A DNA stretch of 32,000 nucleotides, from contig NC_010296.1 in the NCBI RefSeq assembly GCF_000010625.1, positions 2,910,001-2,942,000 of the forward strand, given 5' to 3'. Position 1 is the stretch's first letter; each line of letters starts with the position of its first letter. The translations under genes and the position numbers were made by a program. Below, piece by piece: positions 17,668 to 25,919 of the stretch. The notes under the pieces are model-generated. The model did not search any database. It worked only from the letters and a program-made list of their open reading frames with translations, and was not told the origin of the DNA. Source of the stretch: Microcystis aeruginosa NIES-843. Lineage in GTDB: Bacteria > Cyanobacteriota > Cyanobacteriia > Cyanobacteriales > Microcystaceae.

Positions 17668-19557
17668 ATGGAAATTGACACAATACTGCAGCAAATTGAT
17701 ATTGGAGAAGACCAAGAATATGAGTTTAAATCAGCCGAGGGAGGCTTGCCAAAAGACATTTGGGAAACTCTTTCAGCTTTCGCTAATACCGATGGCGGTT
17801 ACATTATTTTGGGTGTTAGCGAAAAGAAACCTAGATTAGAAATTACAGGAGTGCGTAACCCTAAAAATCTTCAACAAGAGTTTTGGGATAACCACAACAA
17901 CCGACAAAAACTGAATATATCTATCTGTTCTAATTCAGACGTAGAAGTAAAAAAGATTAATGAATATCAGCTTCTCATTATTCATATTCCTAGAGCTACC
18001 CGAACTCAGCGTCCTGTATATATTAACAATAACCCAATGACTGGTACATATAAGCGAAATTATGAGGGAGATTATCGCTGTCATAAGGAGGAAATAGAGC
18101 AAATGTTTCGCGATGCCAGCAATGAACCTCAAGATTTTCAAGTTTTAGATAATTTTAATCTCAACGATATTGATCCTGATACTCTGAAAGTATTTCGCCA
18201 ACGGTTCAGCAATCGCGAACCCGATCATCCTTGGTTAGCATACAATGATCAACAATTACTCCATCAGTTAGGAGGATGGCGACGAGATAGAAATTCTAGC
18301 AAAGAAGGATTAACTGTAGCGGGTTTACTCATGTTTGGACGAGAACGCAGTATTTTAGATGCTTTCCCCCATTATAGTCTCGACTATCAGGAAAAATTAT
18401 CTGACGATCCTGAAAAAAGATGGACATATCGCTTAACTCTTGATGGTAAATGGGAAGCTAATTTACTTAACTCTTATTATCGTGTTTATGGCAGATTAAT
18501 TAATAATTTAGATGTTCCTTTTCAATTAGACAAAGATGCCGTTCGTAAAGATGAAACCCATGTTCATGAAGCTTTAAGAGAGGCTTTAGTTAATACTTTA
18601 ATCCACGCCGATCACCAGTCTTCACGGCCTATAAAGGTGGTAAAATCTATCGATGGCTATCTATTTTCTAATCCCGGTCGTCTGAGAATTCCCCTACAGC
18701 GTCTCTATGAAGGCGGTACTAGCGATCCTCGTAATCCTCATCTACAAAAAATGTTTCAAATGCTCGGATTAGGTGAAAAAGCTGGCTCTGGATTTGGGAA
18801 AATTCTTCGTGCTTGGAAAGAACAACAATGGTTGAGTCCCCTAGTTTCGGAAAAACTTGACCTAGAAGTTACATCTGTTAATTTACCGATGACAAGTTTT
18901 ATTCCCGAAGCAGTTGAAGTGGAATTAAAAAGGATTATCGGGGATGCTTACCGTCAGTTAGGTGATCTTGATAGGATAATATTAGTATTAGCGCATCAGT
19001 TTGAGGAAATTAGTAATACTGACATTCAGCGTTATCGATCAGAACATCCCAGAGATATTAGCGAACGCCTTCGTAATTTAGTTCAAAATGGCTGGTTACA
19101 CCAGTCAGGTAAGTGTCGGGGAACACGCTACACCCTACCGAACCAGAATTCTTCAGCGCAACTTTCTCTATTACCAAGCTCCGAACATTACCCACCAAGC
19201 TCCGAACATTACCCACCAAGCTCCGAACATTACCCACCAAGCTCCGAACATTACCCACCAAGCTCCGAACATTACCAACAGTTAGAGGCAATTGCTGAAC
19301 CCATACGCAGAAAAGGCCGCATTAGTAAAGACTCGGTACGAAAAGTGATTCTTGAACTATGCTCCCAACAATATCTACCCCTCGGAACATTAGCTCAACT
19401 GCTCGGAAGAGAACCTGATACTATTCGTAATCACTATGTCAACCCGATGATAGATGAGGGATTGCTGGAGCTTAAACACCCCCAACTAAGGAACCATCCT
19501 CAACAAGCTTATCGAACAGTATCTCGATCGCATTTCCTATCAGCGCAAGATGAGTAA
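17668..19557 (+). CDS. Schlafen/AlbA_2 (divergent AAA) plus HATPase_c_4-type protein with two C-terminal winged-helix modules; usually annotated as a putative transcriptional regulator or ATP-binding protein
   Basis: The N-terminus EDQEYEFKSAEGGLPKDIWETLSAFANTDGGYIILGV is a typical AlbA_2 domain. The middle region reads HEALREALVNTLIHADH...NPG. The tail ends HPQLRNHPQQAYR. I prefer the ATG at 17668 over the TTG at 17614 listed in the track. Confidence 0.8.
   Translation: MEIDTILQQIDIGEDQEYEFKSAEGGLPKDIWETLSAFANTDGGYIILGVSEKKPRLEITGVRNPKNLQQEFWDNHNNRQKLNISICSNSDVEVKKINEYQLLIIHIPRATRTQRPVYINNNPMTGTYKRNYEGDYRCHKEEIEQMFRDASNEPQDFQVLDNFNLNDIDPDTLKVFRQRFSNREPDHPWLAYNDQQLLHQLGGWRRDRNSSKEGLTVAGLLMFGRERSILDAFPHYSLDYQEKLSDDPEKRWTYRLTLDGKWEANLLNSYYRVYGRLINNLDVPFQLDKDAVRKDETHVHEALREALVNTLIHADHQSSRPIKVVKSIDGYLFSNPGRLRIPLQRLYEGGTSDPRNPHLQKMFQMLGLGEKAGSGFGKILRAWKEQQWLSPLVSEKLDLEVTSVNLPMTSFIPEAVEVELKRIIGDAYRQLGDLDRIILVLAHQFEEISNTDIQRYRSEHPRDISERLRNLVQNGWLHQSGKCRGTRYTLPNQNSSAQLSLLPSSEHYPPSSEHYPPSSEHYPPSSEHYPPSSEHYQQLEAIAEPIRRKGRISKDSVRKVILELCSQQYLPLGTLAQLLGREPDTIRNHYVNPMIDEGLLELKHPQLRNHPQQAYRTVSRSHFLSAQDE
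19174..19278. repeat. Perfect 21-bp tandem repeat x5 (ccaagctccgaacattaccca), in frame within the CDS
   Basis: Read directly from the sequence. It encodes (PSSEHYP)x5, and only the last unit differs, at its end. Confidence 0.97.
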
Positions 19558-19612
19558 ACACCCGCTCCTCAAATCCGAGAGATTAAGGGGACTACATCGG
19601 CAAGCCACTAAT

Positions 19613-20728
19613 TTAGCGATCGATAGCTAACTTATCACTTAACATTTCCCTGACGATTTTAGCGGTAGCGGGGGCTAATAAAACCCCGTTGCGGTAGTGT
19701 CCCGTGGCCAGAATAACGTTATCGTATCCGGGCAAATATTCGATGATGGGAGCGGATTTTTTCTCCGGTCGCGGTCGCTTACCGGACCAAGTACGCACGA
19801 TCGCACCCGCGGCCAAAGAGGGACAAAAAGCGATCGCCTGTTGATACACTTGCTCTAATAGGGCAGTATCGGCGATAATTTCGCCCTTTTCGTCCATAAA
19901 TTCCACCGTTGCCCCAATCCAGTATTCCGCTCGGGCCAAAGGCAGAATATGCAGGTCATTTCCCGTTAAAATCGGCTTAAAATCGGAACTTTCTAAGGGT
20001 TGCGTCAATTTTATCTGTAAAGCTTGCCCTAAAACCGGTCGGATTTCCACTGGATGGGTAAGAGTTTCGGTTAAAGCAGTGGAACCAATTCCCGCACAAA
20101 GAATCAAAGAGTCGGTTTCCTCTATACCATTGGAACTATAAACCTGGGTGCATTGCCTCAAATTAGAGCCTTGAAGCTCTGTCTTCCCAAAATTTTCAAC
20201 TTTTACCCCAAATTGACATTTTACCCCCCTTCTTGCCGCAGCATCGACGAGAGACTCCGTGAGCAGGGCCGGATTAATTTGATGATCACTGGGCGAATAG
20301 ATGGCACCATGGAGATGCTCGGCCACCTGGGGACATTTTTGCTTTAAAGTCTCTTTATCCCAGATTTCTAGACAATATCCCTGTTCTTGGCGGATTTGGG
20401 CTAACTTGCGCCAATTTTCTTCGTCTTCGGCACTCGATCGCAGGAGGACAATGCCATCACGGTTACAGGGAATAGTCAGTCCAGTGAGGGATTCTAGCTC
20501 AGGAAGGAGGGTTTCGTAACGTTTTAAACTTTCTTGCCGCAGTTTCCAGGCTCTACCTTTAGTTTTATGGCTGATAATCCCCATTAAAATCCCTAAAGCT
20601 GCCCCGGTTGCTCCTTGTCCCGGTTTTTTTTCATCGATGAGGGTAATTTCTAATCCTTTGATGGCGCTTAATTCGTAGGCAATGGTAGCCCCCACTATCC
20701 CCGCACCGATGATGACAATTTTAGTCAT
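19613..20728 (-). CDS. FAD-dependent oxidoreductase (glycine oxidase ThiO / DAO family-like)
   Basis: 371 aa. The N-terminal Rossmann motif is KIVIIGAGIVGATIAYEL, and the length and C-terminal GHYRNG motif are DAO-like. Confidence 0.8.
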   Translation of the reverse strand: MTKIVIIGAGIVGATIAYELSAIKGLEITLIDEKKPGQGATGAALGILMGIISHKTKGRAWKLRQESLKRYETLLPELESLTGLTIPCNRDGIVLLRSSAEDEENWRKLAQIRQEQGYCLEIWDKETLKQKCPQVAEHLHGAIYSPSDHQINPALLTESLVDAAARRGVKCQFGVKVENFGKTELQGSNLRQCTQVYSSNGIEETDSLILCAGIGSTALTETLTHPVEIRPVLGQALQIKLTQPLESSDFKPILTGNDLHILPLARAEYWIGATVEFMDEKGEIIADTALLEQVYQQAIAFCPSLAAGAIVRTWSGKRPRPEKKSAPIIEYLPGYDNVILATGHYRNGVLLAPATAKIVREMLSDKLAIDR

Positions 20729-20802
20729 AAACTCCAGAGGCTATTTTTCTAGTGGGAATAGGACTAAAAAAGGGTTGAACAGGTTTCAACCCCGATAATT
20801 AA

Positions 20803-21147
20803 TTACAGAACCCTGAAAATGAAAGGATAACGGAAAACCTTATAGGGATCTTTCCAGACTTGCAGGATAGCAAGAATGGGGAGAACAATGTTCACCACAC
20901 CCAGAATTGCTAGGAGCAAATAACCGATTAAAACCCAAATTAGAATCCCGGCAATTAGGTAGTATAACCACATATTCAGGTGAAAGTTTAAAGCTTCTTT
21001 GGCGTTTTCCTTCACCGTTCCATCATCAGAAATGAAATAAATAGCTAAGGGAATCCCCACCGATACCAGCGTAGCACTCAAAAAGATCGAAGCATGACAA
21101 GCCACGGATAGGAGTCTTTTTTTGGTTAAATCTTCACTCATGACCAT
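20803..21147 (-). CDS. DUF4870-like small integral membrane protein
   Basis: 114 aa with 3-4 TM segments. The motif KENAKEALNFHLNMWLYY resembles DUF4870. Confidence 0.55.
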   Translation of the reverse strand: MVMSEDLTKKRLLSVACHASIFLSATLVSVGIPLAIYFISDDGTVKENAKEALNFHLNMWLYYLIAGILIWVLIGYLLLAILGVVNIVLPILAILQVWKDPYKVFRYPFIFRVL

Positions 21148-21160
21148 CGGGTTTATCCCC

Positions 21161-22165
21161 CTAAAATTGGCGGAGAAAGCGGATATCGCTATTATAACAA
21201 CGGCGAATATCGTCTATCTCATGTAATACCATAGCAAATCTTTCCACGCCAAAACCAGCAGCAAAACCCGTATAGATTTGGGGGTCATAACCGACTGCTT
21301 TTAAGACATTGGGATCCACCATACCACAGCCCATCACCTCCAACCATTTGCCTTTCCACTGCACATCTACCTCGGCCGAGGGTTCAGTAAAAGGGAAGTA
21401 GGAAGCGCGGAATTTAACCGGTAAATCGGCCCCAAACATTTGCTTAAGAAATTCTTTAATTGTTCCTTTCAAATCCGTAAAGGTTAATCCCCGGTCCACC
21501 GCTAATAATTCCACTTGATGGAAAACCGCGGAATGGGTTGCATCCACGGTATCGCGACGATAAACCCGGCCCGGGGCCACAATCCGAATCGGGGGTTCGT
21601 GACTTTCCATGTAGCGAATCTGCACCGGGGAGGTATGGGTCCGCAATAAACGACCATCACTCAAGAAAAAAGTATCCTGCATATCCCGGGCCGGATGGTC
21701 AGCAGGGATATTTAAAGCCTCAAAATTATAATAATCGCTTTCTACCTGCGGCCCGGTGGCGATGCTGTAACCCAGACCGACGAAAATATCGATCATGCGA
21801 TCAACTGTGCTATTTAAGGGGTGAATTCGCCCTAAAGGACGGCTCAGAGCAGGTAGGGTGACATCGAGGGTTTCCGCCGCTAATTTCGCCTTAATTTGGG
21901 CATTCTGGAGACTTTCTCGCCGGGATTCCAGCAGCGATTGTACTAATTCTTTGACCTCATTAGCGATCGCACCTAATCGCGGTCTCTCTTCGGGGGTTAA
22001 TTTGCCCATTTCCCGTAAAATCTGCGATAATTCTCCTTTCTTACCCAGATAATTCACCCTTAGCTGTTCTAAGTCTTCTAGGGTTGTTGTTTGTTCGATG
22101 GAATTTTCCGCTTTCGCTGCCAGGGTTTTTAGGGCAGTTTCGATCGGATGGGGGGATAAACTCAT
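21161..22165 (-). CDS. pheS: Phenylalanine--tRNA ligase alpha subunit
   Basis: 334 aa. Class II aaRS motifs are present ([42 protein letters not shown]). Confidence 0.96.
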   Translation of the reverse strand: MSLSPHPIETALKTLAAKAENSIEQTTTLEDLEQLRVNYLGKKGELSQILREMGKLTPEERPRLGAIANEVKELVQSLLESRRESLQNAQIKAKLAAETLDVTLPALSRPLGRIHPLNSTVDRMIDIFVGLGYSIATGPQVESDYYNFEALNIPADHPARDMQDTFFLSDGRLLRTHTSPVQIRYMESHEPPIRIVAPGRVYRRDTVDATHSAVFHQVELLAVDRGLTFTDLKGTIKEFLKQMFGADLPVKFRASYFPFTEPSAEVDVQWKGKWLEVMGCGMVDPNVLKAVGYDPQIYTGFAAGFGVERFAMVLHEIDDIRRCYNSDIRFLRQF

Positions 22166-22207
22166 AATTAGGGCATTTTATAGGGCAGCATTCTAGTCTA
22201 GTTTATC
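22120..22207. repeat. 88-bp direct repeat, copy A (first 46 nt of pheS plus 42 nt upstream)
   Basis: It is identical base for base to 24901-24988, at an offset of 2781 bp. Confidence 0.97.
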
Positions 22208-22389
22208 AAGAGAGGGAATTTGGGGAGACAGTTGCAGGGGCGATTTGCTTTCCGGGGTGACGATTCCCTGAGATGGTTTGCTGTATCATGTTCATCGCTC
22301 CCTGTCCCCTCTGATCAAATGAGAGCTTATTGCATGAGTGCCTCGTCGAACCTAGAACTTTCAATGGGAACCAGCTTCTCTTGATTGCA

Positions 22390-24729
22390 TCAGATTTCTG
22401 GTTTTTTTAAAATGAACTCGATCGAGGCAAAAACCGCAGATAATTCTAGTTTAGTTGACGAGGAGAGTTTCTGGTAAACTTCGGCAATTTGATTAGAAAA
22501 ACTATAGACTAATTTATTCTCCATATAGAGAGGATGTCCAATATAGTGGGAATCTTTAAGAATTTTTTTCAGTTTGTTGACTCGCTTCGGTGGAACAATT
22601 AACACAAGTTTTCCTGCCAGTTCTGGATAAATTTTTAGTAATTCCATAAAGCGATCGATTCCTGTGGTGATCGGTGTACTGGTTTCTACTTCAAAAGCGA
22701 ACACTGCATCGCCTAAGTTATTAAACCAGATGAGATCGATCTGTTGTATTTTATCTCTGTCCCACTTTCCTAATTTATCGATCGGTAATTTTTCTAGAGA
22801 AATATCTTTAAAAGCTTCTCCATTCCAATAACCTGTAGATTGTTCTTTTTTGCCAATATAAGGCTTTAATCCGACAGCAATAGCAATTTTTGCCAGAGCG
22901 TAGATAATTTGATCGTGAGGAATTTTATCTGCTTGTTTGGGAAAATCTAAACCAGTTAAAACGGAAGAAATTGGCTCTATATTTAAATCGAGAGTTAGCT
23001 GAAGACCTTCTTCTTGCCCTAGTTGCCAGTGCCGACCATCGGGAGAATAAGCTAACTTTTCTAAAACCTTTAAAATCGATTGATCGCTTGGTGTTGTCCC
23101 GTTGATCAGGTTAGGCATGACCGCAAAAATAATTTCATCAAAAGTTGCTACTTTTCCCTGTCGTTTTTTGGCAGTTAGAAAATCCAAGAGATAAAATCTT
23201 ATTCGATCTTCTAGCGGAATAAAGCAACCGATTTTCGTATTTGTACGAATTCTCCAGAGATGATCTAATTCCGAAAAGTTGAATTCCTCTTTTAACAAAG
23301 GAGTAATATCATCTATTTGTTTCTTGACTTGGGTTAGTAAGCCATTTTCCAATAATTTAGGAATGAGCGCATTATAAATATCTTCTGTGGAAGCACCCGA
23401 ACTTTTAACGATTGTCATCTCGGCCACTTCTTTAATAATTTGCAGGATATCGATCCCGACTTTACTGATGGCGATTGTTTTGGGATTATTCACTTTTCTA
23501 AAGTTTAAAACTAACTCTCCCGATAGGACAGTCAGAGGATTTTTCTTTTTGTGTAATGAGGGCGTAGTAGAATGTTGTACAGAGGAATTTACATACTCAA
23601 AACCAGCTTCTTGAGCAGATTTAACGATCGCATCCCAATAGGCGGGATCTTTGTGAGCAAAAACAATACTCATCCAGCGATCAAATTTCAAAACTCGAAA
23701 CATTTCTCGAATGGAATTCGATAACAAATTGATGTAAGTTTCTTTCGATTTCTTTAAATCTCCTCCTTCGATCGCTTCCAATTCTCTTGCGTTATCGCTC
23801 ACTTCAAATCCTAGCCAAGCATTCCACATAGTCGAGAGATCTAAATAGGCAATATGTTGTCCGTAGGGAGGATCGGTATAGATATAATCCACGGATTCGG
23901 ACGATATGCCAGTTAAGTCCGTCGCTGAGAAATCAAAAATTGAAAAATTTTCTTGATAAAAATCACCGATTACTGTATTAGTTTCGATCTTGAATTTTGC
24001 CGTCCCCTTAAATTTCTGCTCAAATTGTTCCCAGACATTAAGATCGATAGTTTGAGGAGGAATCCAATAGCGATAACGGTGCATAATTCCGCTATTTCCC
24101 CGGCTTTCTATTCTTCCTCTCGTGGAACTAAAGGTTAAATTGGTTTTATTGAGAGTTGCCGAGAAAGTAAACCTCATTAAATCTTTAATGATCGGATCGG
24201 TGATTAATTCAATCTGGTTGAGAATTAGAGAAAGGGAAAATAATTGACGTTTGGTAAACAAATTTTCTACAGATTCTGCGTCCGCATTTTTCGGTAAACG
24301 AACCCCTTGCGGATACCAATAGGGAATCTCTAAATCCGCCGCTTCTTCTGGAGACATTCGATAAACTTCCTCAATCTTTTCCTGACAATTTCTGGCGATG
24401 TCATCGAAAGCAGACCGAAAATCATCGATGTTAACGGGACTAACAGCGATATTGCGGCAGATAAAACCAGCCATCGGGTTAATATCCGAGTAAATCGCCT
24501 TTCGCTTTAAAACTAGAGCCTCTACCGCAGTCACTCCCGATCCCCCAAAGGGATCTAAAACCACATCTCCCACCTGACTAAAACGCTTAATATATTCCTG
24601 TACCACATTCCAAGCGCGCCGGGTAAAATAGGGATGACTTCCCCAATGGCGTAACGTCCCTTGTTTTTTGGGATCGATCGGCCCAGAAATGGGATCGATC
24701 ATTCTATAGTCGAAGGAGGAAGCACTCAT
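22390..24729 (-). CDS. DNA (N6-adenine/N4-cytosine type) methyltransferase with a ~370-aa uncharacterised C-terminal extension that ends in a possible PD-(D/E)xK-like domain
   Basis: 779 aa. SAM motif VLDPFGGSGVT lies at aa 57-67 and catalytic TDPPYG at aa 285-290. The C-terminal region reads IDLIWFNNLGDAVFAFEVETS (aa ~664-684). Confidence 0.85.
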   Translation of the reverse strand: MSASSFDYRMIDPISGPIDPKKQGTLRHWGSHPYFTRRAWNVVQEYIKRFSQVGDVVLDPFGGSGVTAVEALVLKRKAIYSDINPMAGFICRNIAVSPVNIDDFRSAFDDIARNCQEKIEEVYRMSPEEAADLEIPYWYPQGVRLPKNADAESVENLFTKRQLFSLSLILNQIELITDPIIKDLMRFTFSATLNKTNLTFSSTRGRIESRGNSGIMHRYRYWIPPQTIDLNVWEQFEQKFKGTAKFKIETNTVIGDFYQENFSIFDFSATDLTGISSESVDYIYTDPPYGQHIAYLDLSTMWNAWLGFEVSDNARELEAIEGGDLKKSKETYINLLSNSIREMFRVLKFDRWMSIVFAHKDPAYWDAIVKSAQEAGFEYVNSSVQHSTTPSLHKKKNPLTVLSGELVLNFRKVNNPKTIAISKVGIDILQIIKEVAEMTIVKSSGASTEDIYNALIPKLLENGLLTQVKKQIDDITPLLKEEFNFSELDHLWRIRTNTKIGCFIPLEDRIRFYLLDFLTAKKRQGKVATFDEIIFAVMPNLINGTTPSDQSILKVLEKLAYSPDGRHWQLGQEEGLQLTLDLNIEPISSVLTGLDFPKQADKIPHDQIIYALAKIAIAVGLKPYIGKKEQSTGYWNGEAFKDISLEKLPIDKLGKWDRDKIQQIDLIWFNNLGDAVFAFEVETSTPITTGIDRFMELLKIYPELAGKLVLIVPPKRVNKLKKILKDSHYIGHPLYMENKLVYSFSNQIAEVYQKLSSSTKLELSAVFASIEFILKKPEI

Positions 24730-24773
24730 CTGGCCTTAAGAATAGAGTTCTATATATTACTGTACCCAGATGT

Positions 24774-24893
24774 GAGGGTATGGCGAGGATACCCTCTTGG
24801 GAGCATCCTACGCACTGCCGGAGGAAGTCCGGCTCTTGTTGCCGTTTCTCGGCAACAGGTGGGGAAAGCACCCCAGAAATCGAATCCTCGGCC
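24774..24893 (-). other. Densely structured ~120-nt leader between the pheS' fragment and the methyltransferase start (candidate cis-regulatory or ncRNA element)
   Basis: Four consecutive perfect hairpins lie at 24774-24796, 24817-24833, 24837-24857 and 24860-24875. A 9-bp helix (24782-24790 with 24884-24893) could close the last three. The strand assignment assumes co-transcription with the methyltransferase. Confidence 0.3.
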
Positions 24894-24946
24894 TTAGTTT
24901 CCAGGGTTTTTAGGGCAGTTTCGATCGGATGGGGGGATAAACTCAT
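24874..24946 (-). pseudogene. Duplicated 5' fragment of pheS
   Basis: The first 15 codons ([15 protein letters not shown]) are identical to pheS. The next ~9 codons are diverged but still homologous (ETKAEDSIS versus AAKAENSIE). After that the sequence is unrelated. Confidence 0.85.
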
Positions 24947-24988
24947 AATTAGGGCATTTTATAGGGCAGCATTCTAGTCTAGTTTATC
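24901..24988. repeat. 88-bp direct repeat, copy B
   Basis: It is identical to 22120-22207. Confidence 0.97.
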
Positions 24989-25187
24989 TGCTCCCGTGGC
25001 GAGACAGGCAGAATCGATCAAAGCTAATAGCTATGTGCTAGGATGGAGGTTGAGAATAAAAGTCGGCACTGCGGCTCGTTGTCAGTATTAATGGTCAAAG
25101 CGTTTCTGTTTAGTATTGGTTCAGCTAGTTCCCGAAATCTTGGTTCTCTACAAATCTGTTGTTTTTATCTGTGCAAGGATAGGTTTT

Positions 25188-25484
25188 ATGTCAATTTATG
25201 TTGGTAATCTCCCCTTCGAGGTTGACCAAGACGACGTAGTTGAGGTTTTTAAGGAATATGGTGAAATCAAGCGCGTTCACCTCCCCATGGATCGGGAAAC
25301 GAAAAGAAAACGCGGGTTCGCTTTCGTGGAAATGGAAACCCCAGAGCAAGAAGCGAAGGCTATTGCCGCTCTTGACGGCGCTCAATGGATGGGACGAGAA
25401 TTAAAAGTCAATCAAGCTCGTGAAAAAGAACCCAGATCTTCCTTCGGTGCTGGCGGCGATCGCAATCGGGAGCGTCGCTACTAA
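25188..25484 (+). CDS. RRM-type RNA-binding protein (cyanobacterial Rbp family)
   Basis: RNP2 is IYVGNL and RNP1 is KRGFAFVEM, followed by a short Gly/Arg tail. I prefer the ATG at 25188 (98 aa) over the listed upstream start. Confidence 0.9.
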   Translation: MSIYVGNLPFEVDQDDVVEVFKEYGEIKRVHLPMDRETKRKRGFAFVEMETPEQEAKAIAALDGAQWMGRELKVNQAREKEPRSSFGAGGDRNRERRY

Positions 25485-25532
25485 TCCCCGACCGTAACCA
25501 TTCTAGGTTATCGGAAATTTGGGTTGAAAACC

Positions 25533-25556
25533 CCGTCCTTTTAGGACGGCTTTGTG
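25533..25556 (+). terminator. Putative terminator after rbp
   Basis: The stem CCGTCC-tttta-GGACGG is followed by CTTTGTG. The U-tract is weak. Confidence 0.4.
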
Positions 25557-25919
25557 CGAGAATAGCTCCAGGTTGCCAACCGTGAGAACGTGAGGAAGCA
25601 GGTTAAACTTCCTACTCCGTCATCTCAAAATTTCTAACAGTCAATGGTGTTCAATTAAGTCCAAACTGTAAGAACGCAAAACAATTAAATACTGTGGGAC
25701 ACACAGAAATTTACGCTTGGGGAGTAGTCCATAAGAGTGCTTGCCTTATCGGTGTAGTCGGACTAGACATGAAACCGTAAGACCAAAATTAGCGTTGCTA
25801 GTGGAGGCAGGATTCAGCCCAAGAATCTCCGCACTTTTAGGGCGGAGAGTGTCAATGTCAATAGGGGGAGCGAGCGCTCGTTTCCCCGCTTGTCTATCTA
25901 ATATCCCAAGGAGATTCTT

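Noticed and set aside
19174-19278. Possible CRISPR array (also considered for 30194-30289)
   Set aside because: Both arrays are head-to-tail tandem repeats of 21 bp and 8 bp with no unique spacers, and no cas genes are nearby.
19058-19298. Three overlapping ORFs with repeated peptides (VGNVRSL, QAPNITH, PTKLRTL)
   Set aside because: They are artefacts of the 21-bp tandem repeat read in other frames or on the other strand. The frame encoding PSSEHYP belongs to the long AlbA_2 protein.
20153-20519. ORFs 20153-20347 (+) and 20301-20519 (+)
   Set aside because: They are antisense shadow ORFs within the FAD-dependent oxidoreductase gene.
21538-22052. ORFs 21538-21861 (+) and 21858-22052 (+)
   Set aside because: They are antisense to pheS, and their Arg/Ser/Pro-rich products are typical of shadow frames.
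24774-24893. tRNA-like or RNase P RNA-like identity for the structured leader
   Set aside because: The strings GGAGGAAGTCCGG and CCCCAGAAATCGAATCC recall RNase P CR-I and a T-loop. One hairpin can be drawn with a GAA-containing 7-nt loop. Three things argue against both identities: the region is far too short for RNase P RNA, no proper D or T arms or U33 can be drawn, and stem and loop sizes do not fit a cloverleaf. I treat it as an unclassified structure.
24661-24977. ORFs 24661-24897 (+) and 24780-24977 (+)
   Set aside because: They run through the hairpin leader and the pheS duplication on the non-transcribed strand. They have no RBS and no recognisable sequence.
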